Below, in pieces: positions 14,301 through 35,521 of a stretch of 64,000 nt of DNA. The notes under the pieces were generated by a model that did not search any database, was not told where the DNA came from, and worked only from the letters and a program-made list of their open reading frames with translations. Position 1 is the first letter of the stretch. Each line of letters opens with the position of its first letter. Source of the DNA: the human T2T-CHM13v2.0 reference genome, Homo sapiens; the NCBI RefSeq assembly GCF_009914755.1, contig NC_060928.1; one strand, written 5' to 3'. The translations under genes were made by a program, and so were the position numbers.

Positions 14301-14809
14301 ACATTCTCACTTATTTGTAGGAGCTAAAAATTAAAACAATTGAACTCATGGAGATAGAGAGTAGAATGAGGATTATCAAGGGCTGGGCAGGGTAGTGGAG
14401 TGTGGGAGAGAATTGGGGATGGTTAATAGGTACAAAATATAGTTAGAAAGAATGAGTAAGACCTAGTATTTGATAGCACATCAGGGTGACTATAGTCAAC
14501 AATAATCTAATTGTACCTTGTAAAATAACTAAAAGAGTATAATTGGATTGTTTGTAACACAAAGGATAAATGCTTAAGGTAATGGATACCCCATTTATCA
14601 TGATGTGATTTTTATGGATTGTGTGCCTATGTTAAAATATCTCATGTACCCTGCAAATATATACATGTATGTACCCACAAAACTTAAAAGTAAAAAAATT
14701 TTTTAAGACACAACTTTCCAATTCTTTTCATGAGGTAAATTTAACATTGATATAGTAACCACACACATATATGCACAACTACAGCACAATCTGATTAAAT
14801 ATAGTTGTG

Positions 14810-15430
<621 letters not shown>

Positions 15431-15601
15431 ATCTCATTAAAGTGTTCATATTACATTGCTTATGTGTTAGTTGTAACTTTATTTTCTCTCTTGACCTGTC
15501 ATTTACTGGGAGAAATGTGTTAAACATTTTCTATTATAATGATATGATATTTATCAATTACTCCATGCAATTCTGTCAAATTTTGAAAGTTATTTAATGT
15601 A

Positions 15602-16018
15602 CAGTTGATCCTTGAACAATTTGGGGTTTGGGGTGCCAACCTCTCACCCAGTCAAAAATCCATGTATAACTTATGACTCCCCAAAAACTTAACTACTAAT
15701 AGCCTAGTGATAGCCAGAAGCCTTACCAATAACATAAACAATTAAAACATATGTTACATATTATATATGATATTCTAATAAAGTAAGCTAGAGAAAAGAA
15801 AATGTTAAGAAAATTGTAAGGAAGAGGTAATACATTTACTATTCATTAAATGGAAGTGGCTCATCATAAATGTCTTCCTCCTCATCTTCAGGTTGAGTAG
15901 GCTAAGGAGGAGGAAGAGAAGAGGTTGTTCGTGCTGTCCCACAGGTGTCGAAGGCAGAAGAAAATCCACATGTAAGTGGACCCATGCAGTTCAAAGCTGT
16001 GTTGTTTAGGGTCAAATA
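15602..16018. mobile_element. Tigger2a (MER28-like) non-autonomous DNA transposon
   Basis: TIRs CAGTTGATCCTTGAACAA ... TTGTTTAGGGTCAAATA, TA on both sides, GACTCCCCAAAAACTTAACTACTAATAGCC core. Confidence 0.85.
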
Positions 16019-16949
16019 TATATAAGTATGTAATTATCATATTCCCCCAGAAAATTAAAACTTGTATCAGTATGTAGTAAGGCTTTATCTCCAGCAATAA
16101 TTCTGGCTTCATGTCTCAAAAATAAATAAAAAGTTAAAAATTAAATAGTAGCAAACAGAATTCAATAGTTTTTGAAATGGGTATTTTAACATTAGGAAAT
16201 TCATTTTAAAAATTCACCTTATTAAGGAGAAGTTTTTATGATCATGTCCATTTATGCCAAAAAATGCATTTCACATAAATTAACACCAATTTATAAGAAA
16301 TTTGATGAAATAGAAATTAATGAATCTTTTCTTACTGTGATAAATTATATATGTTTCTCAACATAGAAGTCAGCATCTTACTAAATGAAGAAACACTGAG
16401 ATAATCTCACTAAGAAAAGAATAATGTAAAGAGTGCCCACAATCTAGCTTATTATTTAACGTAATATTGAAAGTTGAGCCAATTAAATTAATGAAAGCAA
16501 TTTGAGGAATAATAATTAAAAATGAAGAATTAAGATTATCTTTGTTTACAGATGATATGATTATATATCTAGAAGACTCATAATAATAAGTTGGAATTGC
16601 AAACAATAAAATAATTGGTAAAGTAACAAGATTAATATAAAATCAATTCTCCAAATATGTAAAACTTACCATATAGAAGATAATACTAGAAGAAAATATC
16701 CCATTTACATCAAAACAAGAGAAAATAAAATACCTAGGCAAAGGCCTAACACAAAATGTGCAAAAGCTATAGAAAGAAAACTATAAAACACTGTAAGACA
16801 TGGCATGTATCTTTAAAAATGCAAAGATGTAAATATTCTTGTTAGAAAGATTCAAAATCACTAAGACTTCAATTTTCTCTAAGTTACCTTCTAAATACAA
16901 CACAACACCAATTTTTTTAATGTCATTTTTTTCTGGAGCCAGACAAGTT

Positions 16950-17793
16950 TTTATTTTAATGTTTATTTTAGGTTCAGGGGTACATGTGCAGGTTTGTATA
17001 TAGGTAAGCTGGGTATAACAGGGTTTGGTGTACATATTATTTTGTCACCCAGGTAATAAGCATAGTGCTTGATAGGTAGTTTTTCAATCCTCACGCTCTT
17101 CCCTCCCTCCACCTTCAAGTAGGTCCCAGTGTCTGTTGTTCCCTTTTTTGTGTCCATATATACTCAATGTTTAGCCCCCACTTATAAGTGAGAACATGTG
17201 GAATCTGGTTTTCTGTTCCTCTGTTAGTTCACTTGGGATAATAGTCTTCAGCTCCATCCATGCTGCTGCAAAAGACATGATCTTATTCTTTTTTATGGCT
17301 GCATAGTGTTGCATGTTGTTTATGTACCACATTTTATTTATCCAATCCACCACTAATGAGCACCCAGGTTGGCTCCATGTCTTTGCTATTGTGAATAGTG
17401 CTGCGATGAACTTATGTGTGTATTTGTCTTTATGGTAGAACAATTTGTATTCATTTGGATATATACTCAGTAATGGGATTGCTGGGTTGAATGGTAATTC
17501 TGCTTTGAGTTCTTTGAGGCAAACTGCCTTCCACAATGGCTGAACTAATTTATATTCCCACCAACAGAGTATAAGCATTCCCTTTTTATCCACAGCCTCA
17601 CCAGAATCTGTTATTTTTTGACTTTTTAATAATAGCCATTCTGACTAGTGCAAGATGGTATCTCGCTGTGGTTTGATTCGCATTTCTCTAATGATTTGTG
17701 AAGTTAAGCATTTTTTCATATGCCTTGTTGGCTACATGTATGTCTTCTTTTGAAAGTGTCTGTTCATGTCCTTTGCCCAGTTTTTAATGGGAT
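16950..17793 (-). mobile_element. L1PA13-16-like 3' end
   Basis: T-rich start, GGTTCAGGGGTACATGTGCAGG 3' UTR, ORF2 C-terminal peptide on the minus strand (17171-17593). Confidence 0.85.
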
Positions 17794-18228
17794 TGGAAAT
17801 TAAAAACCTAACATTACACCTAGAGGAACTAAAGAAACAAGAGCAAACCAACCTCAAAGCTAGCAGAAGAGAAGAAGTAACCAAAATTAGAGATGAACTG
17901 AAGGAAATTGAGATACAAAACAAAAACAAAAACAAAACCCCACAGTCTCCGCCCAAAAGCTCCTTCAGCTGATGAACAACTCCAGCCATTTCAAGATACA
18001 AAATCAACATACAAAAATCAGTAGCTTTCCTATACACCAACAACGTACAAGCTGAGAGGCAAATCAAAACACAATCCCATTCATGATAGCCACAAAAAGA
18101 ATAAAACATGTAGGAATACAGCTAACCAGGGAGGTGAAATATTTCTGCAATGAGAACTACAAAACATTGCTCAAAAAAATCAGAGATGACACAAATAAAT
18201 GGAAAAACATGCCATACTCATGGATAGG
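17794..18228 (+). mobile_element. Inverted upstream ORF2 segment of the same L1 (twin-priming arm), itself internally deleted
   Basis: [17 protein letters not shown] peptide, then a jump at an (AAAAC)n run to the SAQKLL..PYSWIG region. Confidence 0.7.
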
Positions 18229-18792
18229 GTGATTTTAAAGTTTAAATGTAAGAATAGCCAGGAAAAAATACTGTGGGGAAATAAAAGTGTGAGAATGGAT
18301 AGCTGGAATTACCTATTAACATATAAATGTCCTGTAAATAAAACAGTGTGATATTAGTACAAGAATAAATGGACAAATTGAAAATCCATAAATTGACTCA
18401 GTTGAATATGGAAACTTTGTATATAATCAAGTGGACATCTCAAATTGCTAGAAAAATATGAATTTTCAAATAATAACTGGACAACTATATAGGGATATGG
18501 AAAATTGGATTCATTCCTCATACTAGACACCAAAATAAATTCCAAAGATATCAGAGATATAAATGTGAAATATTAACCTCTGAGAGTATGACTCAAAATC
18601 CAGGTTGCACCATAAAAAAAACAAAAGGAAATAGCAAATTGGAAAAAATATTAGTAACTAATATCACAAAAAATTAATATTCTTTATGGACAATTAAATT
18701 ATAAACTGGAGAAGAATAAGGCCAAGGACAACAGAGAAAATGTGCAAAACATATGAACAGACAGTATATAGTGGAGAAAATTATAAGTATAT

Positions 18793-19524
18793 TGTACTGA
18801 ATTACATATTGTTCCCCCAAAGTTCATGTTCACCTGGAACCTCAGAACATGATCTTATTTGGAAAGGAATTTTTGCAGATGTAATTAATTAAGATGAGGT
18901 ACAGCAAACTATCACAAGAACAGAAAACCAAACACCGCATGTTCTCACTCATAAGTGGGAGTTGAACAATGAGAACACATAGACACAGGGAGGGGAACAT
19001 CACACACCGTGGCCTGTCGGGGGATGGGGGACTAGCGGAAAGATAGCTTTAAGAGAAATACCTAACGTAGATGACGGGTTGATGAGTGCAGCAAACCACC
19101 ATGGCACGTTATACCTATGTAACAACACTGTACATTCTGCACATGTACCCCAGAACTTAAAGTATAATTAAAAAAAAGATGAAGTAATAATATATCAGGG
19201 TAGTCCTAAGTCCAATGACTGGTGCATTTATAAGAAGGCCATATGAAGACATAGAGAGACCTAGAGAGAAGGTCATGTGAGAAAGGAGGTAGAGAATACA
19301 GCGATGCATCTACAAGCCAAGGATCATCAAGGATTGTCAGCAACTACCACAAGCTAAGAGAGAAATATGGAATGTTTCTCACTTAAAACCTCCAGAAGGA
19401 ATCAATCCTGCCAACACCTTGATTTCAAATTTCTGACCTCCAACACTGTGGGATAATAAATTCCTGTTGTTTGAAGCCACCAAATTCGTGGTAATTTGTA
19501 TGGCAGCCCTAGGAAACTAATACA
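18793..19524 (+). mobile_element. MLT1B/C-like LTR interrupted by an L1PA fragment
   Basis: GGAACCTCAGAACATGATCTTATTTGGAAA, GCATCTACAAGCCAAGGA, ends GCAGCCCTAGGAAACTAATACA. Confidence 0.85.
18902..19175 (+). mobile_element. Short 5'-truncated L1PA7/8-like 3' end
   Basis: L1PA 3' UTR with A tail. TSD AAGATGAGGTA (18891-18901) / AAGATGAAGTA (19176-19186). Confidence 0.9.
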
Positions 19525-21379
19525 TGGCCCTAACATGAAAAATAGGCAATCAGAGAAGTGCGATGTTTAAAAATCAGAACAAAAAAACATTTTGCATCCA
19601 CCTAACTCATAAAATTTTGAAACTGAGGCAACAGTATGTGTTGGCAAGTGGCAAGAACTTTCATCCGCTGCTGCTCTGCTGCTACCTGAGAGTATAAGGT
19701 GATGGAGCATCTGAAAAACACTTCTGTCACATGCATACCTTACATCCTAGCTATTCCACTCTCAGATATTTTCCTGAGAGCACATCTTCCTAAATAGTGC
19801 ACTTTAGGTAACGGGAATGCCAAATTTCTCTCCTTAGTCCTTGCAATGTGTGAGAGAGCCTGGGCAATTGCCTCTGGCCAGAGCTGCCCCATTTGTTTGT
19901 GCCAGTGAACCACAGAAGGAATGTTAGTTTCTAAGTGTGGTGTCCTATTAAGAATATTAGGAAATAACTGCTGTAGAAAAGTTCTTGTATACATGCTTTA
20001 GGAGATATGAGAAAGAATGTTTGCAATAGCATAGTTATTAGCAGAAACACTAAAAACAAATGTCCATTGATAGGCAACTGGGTGAATACAGTGTGATAAT
20101 TAATGCAATAGGACACTATATAGCTCTGACATGGATGAATCTCAAAGAGAAATGTTGAGTGAAAAAAGCAAGTTGCAGCAGAATACATACTGTATAATCC
20201 CAGGGTTCAGTAAGGTTCTGCTTCTTAAGCTAAATGGTGGGAATCTGGGATTTTGCTTTATTATTTTTTGGGGAAGGAAGGAGATGGTGGTGATATTATG
20301 TGTAAATATGTTCATATTTTAAGAACAGAGGGAAAAGACATACATATAAATTATCTGCAGAAGCTAGTATTTCTTTTAATCCTATTCAGATTGTGCCATC
20401 TTAAAAGTAAATATGATTATTGATATTGTTTAAACAAAGGGCTTCACATATTTTTTTTCAAAGGAGCACTATGCAAAGGCAACCCTGCTGGAATCCTTTT
20501 CAGACAAGCATGCTCACCTGTATGTTATTTAGGTCACAATGCCATGATTGAAGCATTTCTGCTCATCTGCTATAAGTAAAATGTAAGTTATAGGTAACAT
20601 TTCTAGAATGAAGTACATTTTATAGAGCTATCAGTTGTGAATTTAACCCTATTAAATAAAAGACAACATTTATATTGGGACAGAGAAATTTGCTTCCTTG
20701 TTTCCCGGAATGGACTGAAGGAAAATTTATCATCTTTTGCTACTGCAGAAATAGCACATTCTTGAATTCTGTGATTGGAAAGCATAAATTCACCACTTTC
20801 CCGAGGTTTCATTGTTTCTTCAGTGTTAAAAATGTTGAAATCCATGTTTTATATATGACTAGATGATGACAAACATGAATGCAAACATACTCATATGTTT
20901 GAATTATTTAAACTGTAGCATGATCAATTCATTAAATGAAATGGTATCTGTCAGATATTGATTTGTGTCTGGTCTGTTATAATCATATTGATGACAGACA
21001 ACATCTGATATAATGAGTCAGATTACCTTAGCAACTGCTTTCGATATTCCCATCTTTCATGATTTTGGTTGCTGTCCTTCAGTGATTCTCAGTGATCTCT
21101 CTCAGGCAAGGCTCTGATGTATACCATTTTTCTAAAAACATCTCCAAGTAAATCCCAGGACCTCAACCTTGGCAGGCAGAACATGACATATTGTTCAGGT
21201 CACAGATTGAACCTTTACTTCTGCACAATGATTAAGTCAGCCCTTGGGCTTTAATCATCCCCAGCTTTCTCCTGGGTCCCTGTGTACATCCATGCAGACT
21301 GTGCATTACTTAAGTCCAGAAAGCCATTCTCTACATGAGAGTATGAATGGCACCCACCCCTGGGGCTGTGCAAGGCCCT

Positions 21380-21427
21380 CATCACACATATAGGGCTTAT
21401 TTTCATCACATATATAGGGCTTATTTT
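21380..21427. repeat. 24-bp tandem duplication (CATCACAYATATAGGGCTTATTTT x2)
   Basis: Read directly, one mismatch. Confidence 0.9.
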
Positions 21428-22493
21428 CCCAAACAGAACTCTAGTGTTGAGACAGCAGCTTATCCCTTTTGTACCCTGTAAGTGGAAAAGTCTCCCCTTC
21501 AGGGAGAATCTTTCCCAGTAGGCATAAGTAATGCCTTCACAGCCATCCTGTTGTCTTCCTATTGCACTCTTGGATACTCGGTGTATTATAAGGATTGATA
21601 TCAAGATCCCTAATTCAGCTAAGTACTTCCATGAAAGATGTTGGAGCTATGTATGCTGTCCAGGTCACATTCTTATTAACTATCTCTTGAAGAAGATGAA
21701 GAGGTGGATAGTCTCAGTGGAGATCCTTTGTGGGAAAAGCAAATCTTAGACTAAAAGGTCATGTTGGTTCCATTACAAGACAAAGGCCCAGAACCCAGAG
21801 AAATGGATGAAAACTCAGACATAAACACAGGTTGTGCCTTTGCTAGATGCAAATTCTAAATCACTTTTATTTCCCTACAAGAAAACTCACCACTTTTCAG
21901 AACCACTGGGAGTCATCCAGAGCCTCCTGCCTACTTGACTCTCATTTTATCAGTGAGCTGGTCCGTTTTCCCATAGTATCTAATTAATCTCCGCCATCCT
22001 AGATTTATTCCAGAGAAGGCCTTCATCAGTGAAAGCCCAATATGCCTATGTTTCCACCTACCAGGATACATGTGCGCATGCATTTCAACGGCACTGTTAT
22101 GCCAACCCTCTCTTTCAAACAAGCCTGGCTGCATGAAGCTGTTCTTTTGATATGCCAAGAATACTGGTAGACCGGTATTCACCACTCCCTGATTTCCAAG
22201 GTAGAATGAAAAACCTTCTGCTCCTGTTGTAACTTTATAACTTTCTAGGGCACCCTTTTGATGGGCTTTACTGTTGACCTGGGCTGTGGCACCTCCTTCT
22301 CATTGTAGATGTACTCACACAAAAAAGGAAACAACCTGTTTTCTACATGTTATCTTCCCCCTGCTCCTTGCCATGTTCAACATGGTACCCTTTTAAGAAA
22401 AAAGATCTGAAATTCCCCAATCCAAGGTCAGGTCATCTTGAACTGTGAGCCTCTGCTCACTTTTTCCTTTACGGAGACCCTATATGATGTCTG

Positions 22494-23117
22494 TATAGAT
22501 TCCTATTGCTGCATTAAAAATTGCCACAAACTTAGAGGCTTATAACAATACCCATTTATTAGCTCACTGTCTGTATAGGTCAAAAGTCTGGCACACCTTA
22601 GCTGGGTCCTCTGCTTAAGGTTTCACAAAACTGAAAGCAAGGTGTCAAACAAGCTACATTCTCATTTGCAGATTCTGCTAGGAAAAGATCAGCCTTCAAG
22701 CTTCTTTAGATTATTGGGAGAATTTATTTCCTTGAGTCTGTAGAATTCATTTCAGCTTGCTTCTTGAAAGATAGAAATATTAATAAAAAGAGAGGATCTC
22801 TATTCTTGGAGTTTTTGGCTTCAGGGAAAGCCTAGGCCCTGGATTTTGTTGTTGTTGTTGTTCATTTGTTTGTTTGTTTTGTTTGTTTTTGTTTTTTAAG
22901 GCTCACCTCATTGGATTAGGCCAACATAGGATACCCACCCTTTTGATTAACTCAAAAGTCATCTGATTAGGAACTTAATTTATATCTTAAAAATATCTTC
23001 ACTTTTGCTATATTCTGTTCATTGGAAGCAAGTTGTAGGTTCCACTCACACTCATTGTGGGAGAGGATTGCACAATGATATGACTCATGGAGGTCCTATT
23101 AGGCTCTATCTGCCACA
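22494..23117 (-). mobile_element. MLT1-family LTR (MLT1D/E-like)
   Basis: CCACAAACTTAGAGGCTTATAACAA and CCTTAGCTGGGTCCTCTGCT motifs of a reverse MLT1; ends CTGCCACA. Confidence 0.7.
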
Positions 23118-23510
23118 ATATCCTCAAATGAAGGTGCACTTGTCCTCTGTTATTATCCATGATCCAAAGTAGAGGACAAATAGACAACACATCCACTGGA
23201 AAAACACTTACAGGGCTGCACTTATCAACTTTATCACTTGCCACCTTTCCTCCTCCCTATGGCGTTATATCACAGTATTGAAAATTATAAATTCACACTC
23301 AGGCTGCAGCCACTGTGCATAGCAGGTGAGTTGCCAAAGTGAAATCTATTTCCTTGCCTCATCACCATTCCATGCATGTCATACCTTCCTTCCAATATGT
23401 GCAGATCATGTAAGAAATAAAATCAAAGTACTCTTTCTGCATAGAATGATTGAACTAATCTTGCCCTTTATTTCATTTTGCTTCTTTTTGTTCTATAAAA
23501 CCCTGTTATT

Positions 23511-23568
23511 TTCTTTTTTCCTTTTTTCTTTTAAATTCAGGGGGTACATGTGTAGGTTTGTTACATGG
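23511..23568 (-). mobile_element. Extremely 5'-truncated L1P insertion (about 58 bp)
   Basis: T-tract followed by TTCAGGGGGTACATGTGTAGGTTTGTTACATGG, flanked by CCCTGTTATTT at 23501 and 23569. Confidence 0.8.
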
Positions 23569-24503
23569 CCCTGTTATTTCTTATGCAAGTATTTTTAAGT
23601 TGCTTCAGCAACATGTTCTTCACTTAAAAAAAAAAATTGAGGGTCTCAAATTGCAGGGAGAATGATTTAAAATTCCAAATAATATAGTTGGCTAGTGATG
23701 TAAAAGATTTAAAAGGTGCAAAACAATAGCATAACCCCACAGCAACTTTGCAAGTATAACCTGGCAGAGAGAGCTTGAAAAGACTGACCAAACATAGTTT
23801 TCCTACAGAGGTCAGTCTTTTGACTTTCTGCTGTTTTCTCCACAACTCTTACCTCAATTTCCCATTCTGAAGGAAACAAGTGATTCAGAAGGTGCACTGC
23901 CTTCTCAAAGCAACAGAACACTTGCCTCTGCCATTTATGTTACCTTTGCCTTTCACTCTTCCCCCGCCCCCAGCCTTTTTTGTGCTTAAGAAGTCCATTT
24001 TTTTGGTAAGAGTAAGAAAGCCTAAAGGTTTCATTGTTAGCAACATTGATTATGAGAATTTTCATCCTGAGCATCATCTATTTTAGGGTCAACTAAAATA
24101 GCTCAGGTTCAAAATAAAAGACTTGCACTTCTCACAGACCCTGGAAACAGAAGTTCAAGACCATCTGCCTTTCACTACAAGAATGATAGTCAAAGATACC
24201 AAGACACTATAGGACCCCTAAGAATCACGAACCAAATCCAGTAATGCTGCTGGCATAGTCCTTTACCTGGCCACTTAAAACCAAAATAAATCTCCATGAT
24301 TATTCATGAATTCTGAGATTTTAATACCAAGGTCATTCTTCTATGGATTCCTCTAGGCTTGAGCTGAACACACTGTTCCTCAAGTTGTTTTTTGTTTTTT
24401 TGTTTTTAATCTGTAAAACGTTGGACTGCATGCTCCATCTGGAATCCCACTTCTCCTGCTTCCAAAACAATCGACTAGAAACATGATCATATATTCTAGG
24501 CTC

Positions 24504-25050
24504 TGTCAGGTTCTCTGCTGTGCCAAGGCAGTGGCTGGGGGATATGGATGGACACAGGTCTACGAAATGGGCCAGAAACCCTGCTGCACACTATAATAAC
24601 AACCCTGATAACTCAGACGCCCATGTTCCTCTACTTCCACTCCCAACACCGTACTTTAAGGGGTAGAAGATTAGATTGGAATTCAGTGGTATCAGGTGCA
24701 GAAAATTACCTTTAAGACACTATGTAGTGACCTCATGCTTGGAGCATTAAATGAGGCTTCATCATGCCAAAGAGACACTGCCCAGAAGCAATGGTGATAA
24801 CCCACCTAATTCCTGTGGTCTTGTCTCCTATTTCTTCTGCTGCTTTTTCTACTTACTCATTCTTGGCTTATTCTACTTACTCATCCCTTGCTACTCCTCT
24901 GGCATCCACCCCACTCAGCCTCTGGCAAGGCTCCAGTTCTTGATCCTGGCTGCCTCTTTGCTTGTGGATTGAACCTGATGCCTGCTCTAGTTTTCCTGGA
25001 CTAATCTGGCATGTCACATAGGTTTGACCCTACCTATCCCCATGTTGACA
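24504..25050. mobile_element. Possible ancient LTR (Gypsy/ERVL-like)
   Basis: TGTCA...TGACA inverted termini about 550 bp apart, with higher GC than the flanks. No TSD and family not recognised. Confidence 0.3.
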
Positions 25051-25385
25051 TCTTGCTTGAATACCCTTTTCAAAAGTAGCTTTAAAAAACAGTGATTGAA
25101 CTATTTTATGCTTCTTTAAAGTCTCCAGTTAACTTGTGTTTTTTTAAGGCAATGTATCTTCTTACTTCTTACCAGATTTTGGGATACATATCCTAATGTC
25201 AAATTTAATAACTATTTATTCAAATAAAGATGAGGAGACATTTCTTAAATAAATAAAATTCAAAACATTTTAATGAATAAAATTTTAATGAATGAATCTA
25301 GGAGGACATGTAATATATTGCACCTGACACATAGAAAAATCAGAAATTTATTAATTCATACATCATGTATTTTTTAAAAGGGCTT

Positions 25386-32651
<7,266 letters not shown>

Positions 32652-32654
<3 letters not shown>

Positions 32655-33850
32655 GCTGAAACAGGGTCCCTTCCTTACACCTTTTACAAAAATTAAGTCA
32701 AGATGGATTAAAGACTTAAATGTTAGACCTAAAACCAAAAAAACCCTATGAAAACCTAGGCATTACCATTCAGGACATAGGCATGGGCAAGGACTTCATG
32801 TCTAAAACACCAAAAGCAATGGCAACAAAAGCCAAAATTGACAAATGGGATCTAGTTAAACTAAGGAGCTTCTGCACAGCAAAAGAAACTACCATCAGAG
32901 TGAACAGGCAACCTACAAAATGGGAGAAAATTTTTGCAATCTACTCATCTGACAAAGGGCTAATATCCAGAATCTACAAAGAACTCAAACAAATTTACAA
33001 GAAAAAAACAAACAACCCCATCAAAAAGCGGGTAAAGGATATGAACAGACACTTCTCAAAAGAAGACATTTATGCAGCCAACAGACACATGAAAAAATGC
33101 TCATCATCACTGGCCATCAGAGAAATGCAAATCAAAACCACAATGAGATACCATCTCACGCCAGTTAGAATGGCGATCATTAAAAAGTCAGGAAACAACA
33201 GGTGCTGGAAAGGATGTTGAGAAATAGGAACACTTTTACACTGTTGGTGGGATTGTAAACTAGTTCAACCAGTGTGGAAGTCAGTGTGGCGATTCCTCAG
33301 GGATCTAGAACTAGAAATACCATTTGACCCAGCCATCCCATTACTGGGTATACACCCAAAGGAATATAAATCATGCTGCTATAAAGACACATGCACATGT
33401 ATGTTTATTGTGACACTAGTCAGAATAGCAAAGACTTGGAACCAACCCAAATGTCCATCAATGATAGACTGGATTAAGAAAATGTGGCACATATACACCA
33501 TGCAATACTATGCAGCCATAAAAAAGGATGAGTTCATGTCCTTTGTAGGGACATGGATGAAGCTGGAAACCATCACTTTCAGTAAACTATCACAAAAACC
33601 AAAAACCAAACACTGCATGTTCTCACTCATAAGTGGGAATTGAACAATGAGAACACTTGGACACAGGAAGGGGAACATCACACACTGGGGACTGTTGTGG
33701 GGTGGGGGAAGGGGGGAGGGAAAGCGTTAGGAGATATCCCTAATGTAAATGACGAGTTAATGGGTGCAGCACATCAACATGGCACATGTATACATATTTA
33801 ACAAACCTGCACGTCGTGCACATGTGCCCAAGAACTTAAAGTATAATAAA
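32652..33850 (+). mobile_element. Second L1PA4/5-like 3' end (segment C)
   Basis: Restarts at AAAGCTGAAAC (equivalent to 31447). ORF2 C-terminal fragments and 3' UTR, with many substitutions relative to B2. Confidence 0.93.
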
Positions 33851-33901
33851 TATATGTGTATATATACATATGTGTGTGTGTATATATATATATATACATA
33901 T
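33848..33901. repeat. (TA)n/(TG)n microsatellite at the L1 tail
   Basis: Read directly. Confidence 0.9.
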
Positions 33902-34421
33902 AAACACAGGTGCACAACACACAGTTTGTTGTTGCTGTTGTTGAATAGCTGATTCAGTTACTATGGTGATGCTATTGTGCTGTTAGTTACTCTGAACATG
34001 TTATTCTTTCATTGTATTAATGGTGTGTCATTTTTTACAAGTACTTATATGTGAATAAGTACAAGCAAATGATTGCTTATTTTGCTTATTGGTAGCATAT
34101 TAATTCAGAGTCAGAAGTGTTGATAATACCAAACAACCACAGATTTTCCACGAGTGTAGCTAAGATGGTGACATTGTTGGTTTCTGATGTTTCCATGTAC
34201 ACAAACTTCATTTTATCCACGAATTATTTAAAATATTGTATATAATTTTCTTCAGACTATGTTTATAAGGCATATATGAACCATAAATGAATTTCCTGTT
34301 TAGACTTGGATCTCATCCCCAAGATAGCTCACTATGTACATGCAAATATTCTAAAATCTGAAAAATCTGAAATCTGAAACATTTTTTGTCCCAAGCATTT
34401 CAAATAAGGGATACTCAACAT
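33902..34421 (-). mobile_element. Tigger4b (Zombi/MER46-type) DNA transposon, one end missing
   Basis: Terminus GTCCCAAGCATTTCAAATAAGGGATACTCAACA and internal TTTAGACTTGGATCTCATCCCCAAGATA; truncated at the L1 tail. Confidence 0.8.
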
Positions 34422-34639
34422 ATACTAGAACACTCAAGGGGCCAAAGGTAATGGAATAGGACATATTTAAGAAGAGAACTAAAGCAGCTTCTGCCCATGC
34501 AAGAGTTTTAATAAACTAGTGGGTTTTTTTCTTCTGATTTTACTTACAGTGCTCCCACAAGACCTAGATGCATGTTCATGCAGGAAGAACGAATGACTAA
34601 TATAAGTATTCTTGTCAAGATTCCTTGGAGAAATGGAAC

Positions 34640-35048
34640 CTTTGTCTGCTGTCTGCAAGTTGGAGAACGAGGAAAGCCAGTGGTGTATTTTGGTCCAAGT
34701 TCAAAGGCCTGAGAACCAGGGAAACCAATGGTGTAGGTCCTAGAGTTTGCAGGTCCAAGAACCAACCAGAAGCTCTGAGGTCCAAGGGAATGAAAAGACT
34801 GATGTTCCAGCTCAAGTAGAGAGAGCCAATTTGCCCTTCTTCTGCCTTTTTGCTTCATCTGGGCCAGCAATGGATTGGTGATGTCCACCCACAATGGTGA
34901 GCGTGGATCTTCTTTACTCAGCCTACTGATTCAAATGCTAATCTCCTTCCAGAAACACCCTCACAGACGCACTCAGAAATAATGTATTTATCAGCTGTCT
35001 GGGCATCCTTTAGCCTAATCAAGTTGACTCATAAAATTAACCACCACA
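34640..35048 (-). mobile_element. MLT2B-like ERVL LTR
   Basis: AAAGGCCTGAGAACCAGG, GAAACACCCTCACAGAC, AAGTTGACTCATAAAATTAACCACCACA. Confidence 0.85.
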
Positions 35049-35403
35049 ACAAGTGACATGATCAGACCCAGAGTCACTCTTCCTCTCCAACTCAGTTGTT
35101 CTATTATTGGGCCAAGCTTGAGACTGACACTGCTTTCCTTGGGAGTCTCTCTTGTTGCTCATCTGAGCAGACTCTTGGCAGCCTGCCCCCTAGTTCATGT
35201 CACATGCCTAGGTATGTCTAAATTCTAGCTTATGCACAAATCTGATCCCCCTTAGTGTAACACAAAAAGTGTTTATAATAGTAAAGATTAAAAGAGAGGT
35301 CATAGACCGCTTAAGAGGGGAGAAGCATTTATACTTATATTTTCCTTCCTAATAACTCCTCATGATTCTAGGAATTCTGAATGAGATAATTATTACTATT
35401 AAG

Positions 35404-35521
35404 CAACACCAACCTATGAAAGCTTCTGGGAGGGAGGCTGTACCATGCAAAGCCACAAGGGCCAAGCTGCCCAAGACCATGGGAACCCACCTTTTGCATC
35501 AGTGTGACTTGGATCATTTTG
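35404..35521 (+). mobile_element. Isolated THE1/MST internal fragment
   Basis: GCTGTACCATGCAAAGCCACA...GCCCAAGACCATGGGAACCCACC, homologous to about 735-846 of this window. Confidence 0.8.

Noticed and set aside
20926-20941. AATTCATTAAATGAAA also occurring near 60289
   Set aside because: AT-rich 16-mer without flanking homology; plausible by chance.
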